From contig JAZDOR010000010.1 in assembly GCA_043798435.1 (NCBI GenBank), forward strand, positions 1-49,388: a stretch of DNA of 49,388 nucleotides, in the 5' to 3' direction. Shown one piece after another: positions 18,036 through 26,348 of this stretch (positions within the stretch are counted from its first letter, which is position 1; every line of letters starts with the position of its first letter). The notes below the pieces were generated by a model. That model did no database searches and was not told the DNA's origin. It saw nothing but the letters and a program-made list of their open reading frames with translations. The translations under genes were made by a program, and so were the position numbers. The DNA is from a bacterium (GTDB lineage Bacteria; UBA9089; UBA9088; JAGUXG01).

Positions 18036-20315
18036 TTAAGGAATCACAGCCAGGACCTTCCTGGCATATTCATTGCTCGAGTCAAGTTTTATGGCCTCTT
18101 CAAAGGCTTTTCTTGCCTCCTTCATCTTTCCACTTTTGTAATAGGCAGAGCCTAAGTCATTCCACCACCCGGCATTTTTTGGCTCTATCTGGAGAGCTTT
18201 TTTGCACCAAACAGAGGCAGAGCCATATTCCTCCCTCTTAAAATAGATGAGGGCAAGGTAATGGCAGATTCCTCCTTGCTTTGGGTCTTCTTTAAGGGAC
18301 TGCGAAAATATCTGGATTGCTTTATCTGTTTGATTATTATTAAAGTATGCCTCACCAAGGTTGTTCAGCGTGCACATTCTTCCCCTGACGCTCTTCTTCT
18401 GATATTTCAGGGCACCAACATAAACCCCTACAGCCTTTGCCCAATCGCCTCTCTCACTGTAGAATACACCAAGGTTTGTTATTGTCTCAGGTGAGTTTGG
18501 GTTCTGCTTTATTGCTGAAAGGAGCGCCTCCTCTGCCTTTTTCAGCCCATCTGCTTCTCCCAGACTATACAATTTCTTATAAGCCGTAGCCATAGCCCCA
18601 TAGTATGAGGTGTTATTCGGGTCATATTTTATACATCCCTTCAGCTTCTCAATCGTCTCTTTAATAAGTTCCTTATTGCTCGTCTGGTTTAACCTGCTTT
18701 CATAGTTTGGCACAAGGAATCTGTGGTATGTCTCCTCCCAACCTCCAAGCATCGCATCCGCCTTCTCATAGAGGGCTATTGCCTCTTCCCGTAAGCCTGC
18801 AGCCTCATAGTTTCTGGCAGAAGCAAAGACCTTGTCTGATTCAAGCTGAAGGTTAATAACCTTTGATAGGCTAAAGAGCCCAAAGGCTAATAATGAGAAT
18901 ATAGCTATTCTAAGGGAGATACTTGCTATATCAGGTTTTGGCTTCTCCTCCTTCTGATATTGGTTCAGACCGCAGATTATCCCCATTCCTATCCAGAAGA
19001 GAAAGGTGTATTCAACCGAGTCAAAGTTGAACAGGTTTTGGACAAGGTAGCCTATAGATAAAGATAATAGTGCCAGGGTAATAAGCCTCTTTTCCTTTTT
19101 ATGAAGAATGATACTTATTCCAAATGAGAATAAGGCTATCCAGAGCCAGATATAAGAGGCGATTCCAAGCCAACCAGTAGTTGCTGTCGTCTCAAGGATG
19201 ATATTGTGTGCCTTGTCTAAGACACCACTCTCTAAGGTATAATAATCAGGGGAGATGTACCACGGGATAGCAAACTTCAGGCTGTCTGGTCCGACACCCA
19301 AGGGATGATGACGGATAAGCTCTAAGGCTGACTTCCAGATATAGATTCTAACAGCTGCAGAGCCAGTAAGGCTGACACCTCCCTTTTCATTGCTTTTGAT
19401 AGTCCCCTTTATCCTGTCAATGGGTGAGGTTTGTGGAAAGAAGAAGAGTGGAATTATACAAAGAACCAAAAGCCCAAGAATAATAAGAAGCCTTTTTTTG
19501 CTAAGCCTCATTGCCAGAAATATGAGAAAGAATAAGCATTCAAAAAATAACCCGAGCCACGCACCCCTTGTTTGGATAATGACTATGGCAAAGATGAAGA
19601 ATAGAAAGCCAAGAAAGAATAGAATTGTCTGAAGGATTCTGCCTATCTGAAAGAACCATTTGAGAATAGCACCCTTCTTCTTTGAGAGTTTTGAGTCTAA
19701 AGCCTCAATGCCTAAAGCCAGAGACAGGGGTGCACAGAGGACAAGGTAAGCAGATAAAAAGTTTCTGTTTCCAAAGGTTGAGGACTCTCCCATTTCAACC
19801 AACCAATTAGGGTCAAGGTTAAAGTGCTGGAGGACGCCATATCCGCCAGAGAGAAGCCCTGAAAGGACAGCAGAGGATAAAATCAGCCTTGCCTGCCACT
19901 TCTGTTTCACAAAATGCGAGGCTATGTAGAAGATGAGGATGTAGTTGATAATAGCGGTCAGGCCTTCATACCTGCTGTAGCAACCAAACAAGCTCACATA
20001 AGGATTTAAGGATTGAGTGGTGGCGATTGATGCGGCAATGAGAAAGGCAATAATTGGGAAAAACAACCTTGTCTTTTCAAGCCTTCCATAAAGGAGGGTT
20101 GTCCTGAAAGCAAAGAGAGCCAGAAGATAGAGGGTAAGCTTTCGCAGTAAACAAACCTTTGGCAGGACATAGATATTGTTCACGCTATAATCATAGTAGA
20201 GGGGAAGGAATAGGGTTATAGCTGAAAGTAGAAGGATTGCAGATGTATCTGTCAGTCCGCAGACAATCCTATAATACGGAAGCCGCTTTATAAATTTGTA
20301 TAGTTTTTTTAGCAT
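18036..20315 (-). CDS. O-antigen ligase (Wzy_C)-like polytopic membrane protein fused to C-terminal TPR repeats
   Basis: About 12 TM helices with a loop of the QTRGAWLG type, followed by about 250 aa of TPR units (AIALYEKA, NLGVFYSERGDWAKAV, ALIYFKREEYGSA). Confidence 0.7.
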   Translation of the reverse strand: MLKKLYKFIKRLPYYRIVCGLTDTSAILLLSAITLFLPLYYDYSVNNIYVLPKVCLLRKLTLYLLALFAFRTTLLYGRLEKTRLFFPIIAFLIAASIATTQSLNPYVSLFGCYSRYEGLTAIINYILIFYIASHFVKQKWQARLILSSAVLSGLLSGGYGVLQHFNLDPNWLVEMGESSTFGNRNFLSAYLVLCAPLSLALGIEALDSKLSKKKGAILKWFFQIGRILQTILFFLGFLFFIFAIVIIQTRGAWLGLFFECLFFLIFLAMRLSKKRLLIILGLLVLCIIPLFFFPQTSPIDRIKGTIKSNEKGGVSLTGSAAVRIYIWKSALELIRHHPLGVGPDSLKFAIPWYISPDYYTLESGVLDKAHNIILETTATTGWLGIASYIWLWIALFSFGISIILHKKEKRLITLALLSLSIGYLVQNLFNFDSVEYTFLFWIGMGIICGLNQYQKEEKPKPDIASISLRIAIFSLLAFGLFSLSKVINLQLESDKVFASARNYEAAGLREEAIALYEKADAMLGGWEETYHRFLVPNYESRLNQTSNKELIKETIEKLKGCIKYDPNNTSYYGAMATAYKKLYSLGEADGLKKAEEALLSAIKQNPNSPETITNLGVFYSERGDWAKAVGVYVGALKYQKKSVRGRMCTLNNLGEAYFNNNQTDKAIQIFSQSLKEDPKQGGICHYLALIYFKREEYGSASVWCKKALQIEPKNAGWWNDLGSAYYKSGKMKEARKAFEEAIKLDSSNEYARKVLAVIP

Positions 20316-20458
20316 TTTTTCATTATTCTCTCTGTCTCTGATAGGGCAACAATCATTTTTTGGTAATGCTCAATGTCGGTATTGGTAAGGGTGCGACCCT
20401 TGCGGTCTTTCAGCCATTTTTGGGCTGGTTGGTAGCCGACTATGTAGAAGTGTTCCAT
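20309..20458 (-). pseudogene. Orphan C-terminal tail of a type ISP/IIG restriction-modification enzyme (49 codons)
   Basis: My translation is MEHFYIVGYQPAQKWLKDRKGRTLTNTDIEHYQKMIVALSETERIMKKC*. The GYQ..KWLKDRKGR...I.HYQKI motif is the conserved tail of these enzymes. Nothing upstream of it belongs to such a gene. Confidence 0.5.
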
Positions 20459-20460
20459 AT

Positions 20461-21057
20461 TTAATCCTTCTTCTTTTCCCAGAATTTTCTAATTTTTTTG
20501 AAGTGATCAATTCGCTCTGTAATTTTCCCAATCTCTTTTGGGTAAAATTCCAAAAGGGTATCGCACAATTCTAACATCCATTTTTTGCGGCTATTTTTCG
20601 GGACGAGATTTACTACATTAGCATTAGCAATCTGAATTTGCCCCCAGCCGAGTGCGCCTATCGTCAAACAATCCCAGTCAAAAAATTCTATTGGTGCAAA
20701 AGTAACATGCTTAATAACAGCTTTTGTGCCTTCAATTTGATAATCGATTTTAAGAAGCAAGAAGTAATTTACATCTTCTTCATAAAATCTTGATAATCGC
20801 TCAACGGAAGTCAGGTTTGGCATATTAAATTTCGTATCTAATCTATGCGTTTTTAAATCAACAATATAGTAAAAACCGTCTTTGTCGGTAAAAGCAAGGT
20901 CAGCCATTGCACGACGCGCAAATGACGATGAATACTCACTTATTAAATCGCCAAGCATCTCCTTAAAATTTTCTACTATAATATTTTCGATAGCATCGCC
21001 AACTGCACGAGGACTATTCTGTGTTCTCGCGGAAAGAAAATCTTTTTGGTTATTCAA
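20461..21057 (-). CDS. Probable type II restriction endonuclease (PD-(D/E)XK-like)
   Basis: 198 aa, directly downstream of the methyltransferase. Has candidate D...(D)LK catalytic spacing (ADLAFTD ... YYIVDLKTH). The specificity family is not recognised. Confidence 0.55.
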   Translation of the reverse strand: MNNQKDFLSARTQNSPRAVGDAIENIIVENFKEMLGDLISEYSSSFARRAMADLAFTDKDGFYYIVDLKTHRLDTKFNMPNLTSVERLSRFYEEDVNYFLLLKIDYQIEGTKAVIKHVTFAPIEFFDWDCLTIGALGWGQIQIANANVVNLVPKNSRKKWMLELCDTLLEFYPKEIGKITERIDHFKKIRKFWEKKKD

Positions 21058-21136
21058 AAGAGCCTTAATTTTTTCTGCGATCTCTTTATATTTGTCTAAA
21101 ATAAAAAATTGAACTTTTCTTTGTCATAATAGTTTA

Positions 21137-22135
21137 CTAAAATAAATTTTCTGATAGCTCGACTTTATTTTTCTTTCCATTCCCGTTCATTTGCTCGTTA
21201 AGTGTATTGCGTTCCCAAAATATGCCGTCTGAATATCCTTGTATCGCGTTTTCTTTTTCCGCCATATCTAATCGTTTTTCAGCAAGACAACAATAATGCT
21301 CATCAATTTCTATGCCAACATACCGACGACCAAGTTTTTTTGCAACAACTGAAGTTGTGCCTGAACCGAGGAATGGATCAAAAACAATATCATTTGGTTT
21401 TGAACTAGCCAAAATAATTTTGGCGACCAATTTTTCTGGTTTTTGTGTTGGATGGTCGGTATTTTCCTGCATTGACCAAAACGGAATTGTAATATCGGTC
21501 CAAATATTCGACGGGTGGGTAATTCTATACTTTCCGTTGTCGCTATCTTCCCAATCTTTCGGCTTTCCGTTTTCGTCTTTGTATGGTGCTATAACCTTAC
21601 GCTTCATCTTTACGGCGTCAACATTGAAATGATATTTATTGGAAAGTGTGCAAAACCAAATATCCTCAGAGCAATTTTTCCAATTGCTTTTTGCACCACG
21701 TCCTTTTTCTCGTTCAAAGGTTATGCGATTTTGTATCTTAAAGTATTTTTTCGCTACATTGAAAATTGCTCCTGATGATTTCCAATCACCGCAAATATAA
21801 ACAGAAGCGTGCGGTTTCAGTATCCGAATAAGTTTAGCAACCCAAGAATTAAACCATTGCTCGTATTTTTCTGACTCCATTTCTTTGAACGAAGTAAGAT
21901 TAAAGGTTTTATTGAGATTATAGGGCGGATCAACAAAAACTAAATCAACAAAACTATCAGGTAAATAATCTAATGCTTCAAAAATATCCTGATGTATAGT
22001 TTTGTTCTCAATTTCGAGAAGAGAAACGGGTTTGTTTATTTTTATCAGTCGTTTCTTAAAATTGGAAATATCGCTATTGCTCAATGTGATGGTTCTATTT
22101 CTTGGGGCTCGCTGTTTTAAGATTTTATTATCCAT
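21137..22135 (-). CDS. Beta-class DNA methyltransferase (N6-adenine or N4-cytosine)
   Basis: Motif IV VFVDPPYNLNK is N-terminal to motif I FDPFLGSGTTSVVAKKLGRRYVGIEID. A GTG at 22141 would overlap the prfB stop by 4 nt; the ATG at 22135 leaves a 2-nt gap. Confidence 0.85.
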   Translation of the reverse strand: MDNKILKQRAPRNRTITLSNSDISNFKKRLIKINKPVSLLEIENKTIHQDIFEALDYLPDSFVDLVFVDPPYNLNKTFNLTSFKEMESEKYEQWFNSWVAKLIRILKPHASVYICGDWKSSGAIFNVAKKYFKIQNRITFEREKGRGAKSNWKNCSEDIWFCTLSNKYHFNVDAVKMKRKVIAPYKDENGKPKDWEDSDNGKYRITHPSNIWTDITIPFWSMQENTDHPTQKPEKLVAKIILASSKPNDIVFDPFLGSGTTSVVAKKLGRRYVGIEIDEHYCCLAEKRLDMAEKENAIQGYSDGIFWERNTLNEQMNGNGKKNKVELSENLF

Positions 22136-22137
22136 TG

Positions 22138-23212
22138 TCACTTTTTTCCCATCAATTCTGCCATTAAGAAGCCGTCAAGCTCTCCATCCATCACTGCCTT
22201 TCCATTTCCAACTGTCCAACCTGTCCTGTGGTCTTTTACCTGGGTGTATGGCTGGAAGACATATGACCGTATCTGGCTTCCCCATGCTATATCCTTCTTC
22301 TCGCCACCTATCTTTTCCAATTCCTTTCTCCTCTCTCCCTCTTGCTGTTCATAGAGCCTTGAGTAGAGAACCTTCAGGGCATTTTCCTTGTTCTGATGCT
22401 GAGACCTTTCATTCTGGCAGGAGGCAACTATTCCCGTGGGAATATGGGTTATTCTGATGGCTGTCTCTGTCTTCTGCACATGCTGTCCGCCTGCCCCTGA
22501 TGACCTGAAGGTATCTATCCGGAGGTCTACCTCATCAATCTCCACCTCAATTGGGTTGGTTATCTCAGGCATAACAAAGACAGAAACAAAAGAGGTGTGT
22601 CGTCTTTTATTGGCATCAAAGGGTGAGATTCTGACTAACCTATGGATTCCCTTCTCCCTCTTCAGCCAGCCATAGGCATATTTTGCCAGGATAAGAAAGG
22701 TGGCTGACTTTATTCCAGCCACATCCCCTGGGAGAAGCTCCAGCATCTGGGTTTTATAGCCCTTTCTTTCTGCCCATCTAAGATACATTCTCAGAAGCAT
22801 TTGTGCCCAGTCGCAAGACTCTGTGCCACCTGCACCTGGATGAATGGAGATGATGGCATTGCTCTCATCGTGCTTTCCAGATAGGGCATAGGTGATGGAG
22901 AGTTCATCGGTCTTGTTCAGAAGCTTTTCTGCTTTTTGTTCTAACTCCTTTAATATTTCCTCGTCCTCGGCTAAGGAGAGAAGTGCTTTTATCTCTGACA
23001 ACTCAGCCTCTTGCGAAAGATACGGTTCGCTCTCTTTTTCCAAAGAAGAAAGCTCAGCCATCTTCTTCTGGCTATCCTGTTTTTCCCAGAATAGACTCTG
23101 GGCTACCTCTTCCTTGAGATGCGATATTCTGTTCAGTCTCTCGTCAAAGAAACCCCCGTATCTCAAGCAATCTTTCCCCTATCTTCTCTATCTTTTCTGT
23201 AAGTTCTTTCAT
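22138..23212 (-). CDS. prfB: Peptide chain release factor 2, requires a programmed +1 frameshift
   Basis: Frame 0 reads MKELTEKIEKIGERLLEIRGFL then TGA (ATG at 23212). The +1 frame continues as DERLNRISHLKEE... and carries SPF and GGQHVQ motifs. Confidence 0.93.
23143..23149 (-). promoter_or_regulatory. prfB +1 ribosomal frameshift site CTT TGA C with an upstream SD-like GGGGG
   Basis: The minus strand reads ATA CGG GGG TTT CTT TGA CGA G, the canonical autoregulatory site. Confidence 0.9.
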
Positions 23213-23626
23213 TTTGAAATGATAAATGCTAATTTTGCTTTTTTACAATGAATATTGAAATTATATAAATTGTTTACTTCTTCTTACTTCTTATGCGGAT
23301 ACTAAACCGCTTTCTTACAGCGGATAGCAACTGGTTAATCTCGGATATGGCATGTCGGGTTCGATAATCCACGGTACTACGAATCACCGCCCGTTTGCCT
23401 TTTCATTCTAATGTAAAGTCAATTTTTTAATATCCACTACAGCGCGATTTGCATTGGGTATTTTCATCACATTGCCTTTAACTGTGTCCAGCGATTGGTT
23501 ATGCTTTTAATAGGTAACTGTCCCCTATTTCCTTTATTTCCTTAGAGAGTAGAACAACAATTGAGCTGAGTTGCAGTGTGAAACGTCGTCAGCTTCAGCG
23601 ATTAGTTAGACACATTTTATATTTAC

Positions 23627-23914
23627 TCATAGTTTTGGTGGCAACAATCGTGCACTATGCAGTACCGCCAAAACATCTATTTGATCTGGTTTTATCCGGT
23701 AAATAAGCCGATATGGTTTTTCAATCATTTCCCGTATGTCTTCCGCTTCATATTCTGGTACCATTCGTCCTGACAGAGGAAAGATAGCGATCTGCTCCGA
23801 ACGTCGAGTTAATTTATCAACCATCCGTTGAGCATACACAGAAGAGTCTTGAGCGATATATTCGTAAATTCTCAGCAGATGCTCTAATGCTGTATTGGTC
23901 CAATGTACTTTCAC
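23627..23914 (-). CDS. ParE/RelE-family toxin
   Basis: 95 aa. W.. .A...L..I..YI, FPLSGRMVPE, YRLIYRI......DVLAVLHSAR pattern. Confidence 0.8.
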   Translation of the reverse strand: MKVHWTNTALEHLLRIYEYIAQDSSVYAQRMVDKLTRRSEQIAIFPLSGRMVPEYEAEDIREMIEKPYRLIYRIKPDQIDVLAVLHSARLLPPKL

Positions 23915-24099
23915 TTCGACAACTCGAACTTGGCACGAACCTCCTTTACATCAATAGTTCGACCAGCCTTGCTATCGGAAAGCCCAGCTTCGATGGTTTG
24001 CCGAACATAGATATCATACATTAAATCATCCCATGTTGCATTCTCCGGCAACTTTTCCAACAGATGGTACGCTTCCTGTTTAACATTAGAAGTTTGCAT
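23911..24099 (-). CDS. Cognate antitoxin (small, acidic)
   Basis: 62 aa, 4-nt overlap with the ParE-like gene, preceded by aaggagg. Confidence 0.6.
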   Translation of the reverse strand: MQTSNVKQEAYHLLEKLPENATWDDLMYDIYVRQTIEAGLSDSKAGRTIDVKEVRAKFELSK

Positions 24100-24243
24100 G
24101 TTTTAACCTCCTTATTTAGTGTATTTAACGATAGAGTTCAGCGGCGGCGTTTACGCCATCCGCTACAACAATTTATTAGGCTTTTAATAGGTAACTGTCC
24201 CTTTTTTATTGTCAACATTTCTTTTGCAATTGACTGAATTTAT

Positions 24244-24520
24244 TGAAGTTATGTAAACTGTTTACTTGCTTTCGTTGTTTACTTGCTTTCGTTTTGAAGT
24301 TATGTAAACTGTTTACTTGCTTTCGTTTACTTGCTTTCGCTTTCTTTACTTGCTTTCGCTTTCGTAAACTGTTTACTTGCTTTCGTTTTTATGTAAACTG
24401 TTTACTTGCTTTTATACTTGCTTTTACTTGCTTTCGTTTACTTGCTTTCTATTTACTTGCTTTCTACTTGCTTTCGTTTACTTGCTTTCTTGAAGTTATG
24501 TAAACTGTTTACTTGCTTTC
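24244..24520. repeat. Irregular array of 14 ACTTGCTTT cores with a 30-nt higher-order unit
   Basis: Cores start at 24264, 24281, 24315, 24329, 24348, 24375, 24404, 24416, 24426, 24440, 24455, 24466, 24480 and 24511. tgaagttatgtaaactgtttacttgctttc recurs at 24244, 24295 and 24490, with a partial copy near 24390. Confidence 0.9.
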
Positions 24521-24535
24521 TTCCCTGTTTATGAA

Positions 24536-24766
24536 TTATGACACCTTGACTATTTGAGTCTTTACAGGGAGAACCCTCGAAGGTTTTCGCTCCCATTTTG
24601 CAAGGTAATTCAGTATCTCAAAACCTATTACACTACCATCTTCGGCAATTGAGTAAATTATCTCTTTGCCCACATCGCTCTCCTTGCAAAAAGCCTCCTT
24701 TTTGTCGCTTAAACGGATAAAGAGCGTATTACCTTTTTCGTCATATACTATCCTGATCGGCTTCAT
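24536..24766 (-). CDS. DUF2283-family small protein
   Basis: IVYDEKGNTLFIRLSD...GSVIGFEILN pattern. Confidence 0.7.
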   Translation of the reverse strand: MKPIRIVYDEKGNTLFIRLSDKKEAFCKESDVGKEIIYSIAEDGSVIGFEILNYLAKWERKPSRVLPVKTQIVKVS

Positions 24767-25061
24767 ATACTGTCACCCCCTTTTTAATCTTATCTGTTAA
24801 ATATGCCGTGATGATAAAACCATCTCCGTTAAGATGACGACAGACGACACATAAAAAATAATTACAGTAAGGAGCATAATAAAGGTAGACCCTTTTATCT
24901 TCTTTACTTAATCTGACATAAACAGGATTTTTTAATGCCTCTCTAATCTCTTCTTCTAATCCGCTTATTGACTCATGTTTATTGACTATATAGTCCCAAT
25001 ATTGTTTAGTCGTTCTAATGCACCGGCCAAGTTTAGAAACGACATCAATATAAACAGACAT
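24741..25061 (-). CDS. Hypothetical small protein paired with DUF2283 (toxin-like partner)
   Basis: 106 aa, overlapping the DUF2283 gene by 26 nt. The family is not recognised with confidence. Confidence 0.4.
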   Translation of the reverse strand: MSVYIDVVSKLGRCIRTTKQYWDYIVNKHESISGLEEEIREALKNPVYVRLSKEDKRVYLYYAPYCNYFLCVVCRHLNGDGFIITAYLTDKIKKGVTVYEADQDSI

Positions 25062-25121
25062 ACTCTATTAACTCCCAACACCTCATTGTATTACCCAACA
25101 ATCATTTTGAAATTTTCATCT

Positions 25122-25307
25122 TTATAGCCCAAAATCCTTAGATTGCAGAGCCTCATCTATCTCTTCCACGCTTTCCTTGGTTATCTTTGGTAGTTTTCTT
25201 AATTTCAGTCTCAGTTCCCGTTTGTTATCAGTACAATCTAAAGCCTCCTCCTGGGTAATCTTTACTTCCCTACAAAGGTTATATAGATGCTGATTAAAGG
25301 TCTGCAT
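25122..25307 (-). pseudogene. Orphan C-terminal fragment of a PilT/PilU-type twitching ATPase
   Basis: MQTFNQHLYNLCREVKITQEEALDCTDNKRELRLKL matches the conserved PilT tail (MQTFDQ.L..L...G.I..E.AL..A.....L.L..). No ATPase core lies upstream. Confidence 0.55.
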
Positions 25308-25327
25308 CCCATCCTCTGTCCCTTCTT

Positions 25328-25699
25328 CTATGGCATAATTGTCATTTCAATATTTTTATCAAGGTAAACTCTAAATTCATCCAGAAATTTTCTACCTATC
25401 AGATAACTCCCCTTTCCATAACATATAATTTCTCCCCTCTTCTCCATTCCATTATCTTTACTGCCATCTTTCTGTATTCCATATACCTTAACCTTACGAT
25501 TGTAATAGACAGAACCCCATTCTATCTTATTGCCTGCTAATGTTAACCTCATAGGAGCATCCCCTTTTCCTAATATCTTTTCATACTCTTCAGGAAGGAA
25601 TAAAAATCCTTCAAACCCAGTATCAACATAAGCCTTCTCAACTATTTGTCCTTCCAAAAGCTCAATTATCAAATATGGGTAAACACGACTAATTATCAT
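25328..25699 (-). CDS. Retropepsin-like (clan AA) aspartic protease
   Basis: 123 aa with the VDTGFEGFLFLP active-site motif and a C-terminal YLIGRKFLDEF flap-like segment. Resembles the AF_0612-type family. Confidence 0.7.
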   Translation of the reverse strand: MIISRVYPYLIIELLEGQIVEKAYVDTGFEGFLFLPEEYEKILGKGDAPMRLTLAGNKIEWGSVYYNRKVKVYGIQKDGSKDNGMEKRGEIICYGKGSYLIGRKFLDEFRVYLDKNIEMTIMP

Positions 25700-26342
25700 A
25701 GTGCCCTCCTCCTACAGAATAAACATAATTATACCCTATCCGCCTAAACAGAAACTTCATTTTCCCAAATTTTTTTATTGCCTTGTCCAATACCTTCCCA
25801 TCATCTTTATCTACAATAATCTCTTCAGTATCCAAGTCTATTGCTACAAATTCACCTTTTTGATGCCCCTTTTCCAGTTCATCCCGATACTTTTCATAGA
25901 TTAAATCTTCAGCTCTCATTCTTACCTTTTTAATTGATTCCGGATGTTCATTCAGCCCTTTACTGATAGTATCAAGCACCAGGTCAAATTTAATCGGCTT
26001 CTCAAGATAGTAATATGCCCCAAGCCTCATTGCTTCCTTGAGAAAAAAGCGAATATGATCCTTTACTGCTGATTCTATCCCTGGAAAACCTGTAATTATT
26101 ATCTTGATTGTTTCAGGAGATATCTCTTTTATCTTTTCTACCAATTTCAACCCATCTATCTCCCCTGGCATTACTAAATCTGTTATTATCACATTATAAG
26201 CCGTTTTTTCTATTTTCTCTAATCCACCGGCTCCATCCTCGGCAACATCAACTGCATAGCCTTCAGCTTGCAAGTTATACTGAAGCTCTTTTCGAGTTAT
26301 CCCTTCATCATCTACTACTAAAATCTTAATTTGATCTTCCAT
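25689..26342 (-). CDS. Response regulator: REC domain fused to a DUF5678-like C-terminal domain (no DNA-binding domain)
   Basis: REC signatures are VVDDE, IITDLVMPG, IIITG and LEKP. The C-terminus reads YEKYRDELEKGHQKGEFVAIDLDTEEIIVDKDDGKVLDKAIKKFG, which fits the DUF5678 pattern as I remember it. Confidence 0.75.
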   Translation of the reverse strand: MEDQIKILVVDDEGITRKELQYNLQAEGYAVDVAEDGAGGLEKIEKTAYNVIITDLVMPGEIDGLKLVEKIKEISPETIKIIITGFPGIESAVKDHIRFFLKEAMRLGAYYYLEKPIKFDLVLDTISKGLNEHPESIKKVRMRAEDLIYEKYRDELEKGHQKGEFVAIDLDTEEIIVDKDDGKVLDKAIKKFGKMKFLFRRIGYNYVYSVGGGHYDN

Positions 26343-26348
26343 AAAAAC

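Noticed and set aside
23340-23400. A tRNA-like T-arm (tcgggttcgataatcc)
   Set aside because: There is no complementary T-stem, no acceptor or anticodon arms and no CCA context. The region reads more like debris of a small protein gene.
24243-24503. The 86-aa ORF, or a CRISPR array, in the ACTTGCTTT region
   Set aside because: The ORF is a translation of the repeat (FTCFR/LLAF periodicity). Core spacing is irregular (10-34 nt) with no unique spacers.
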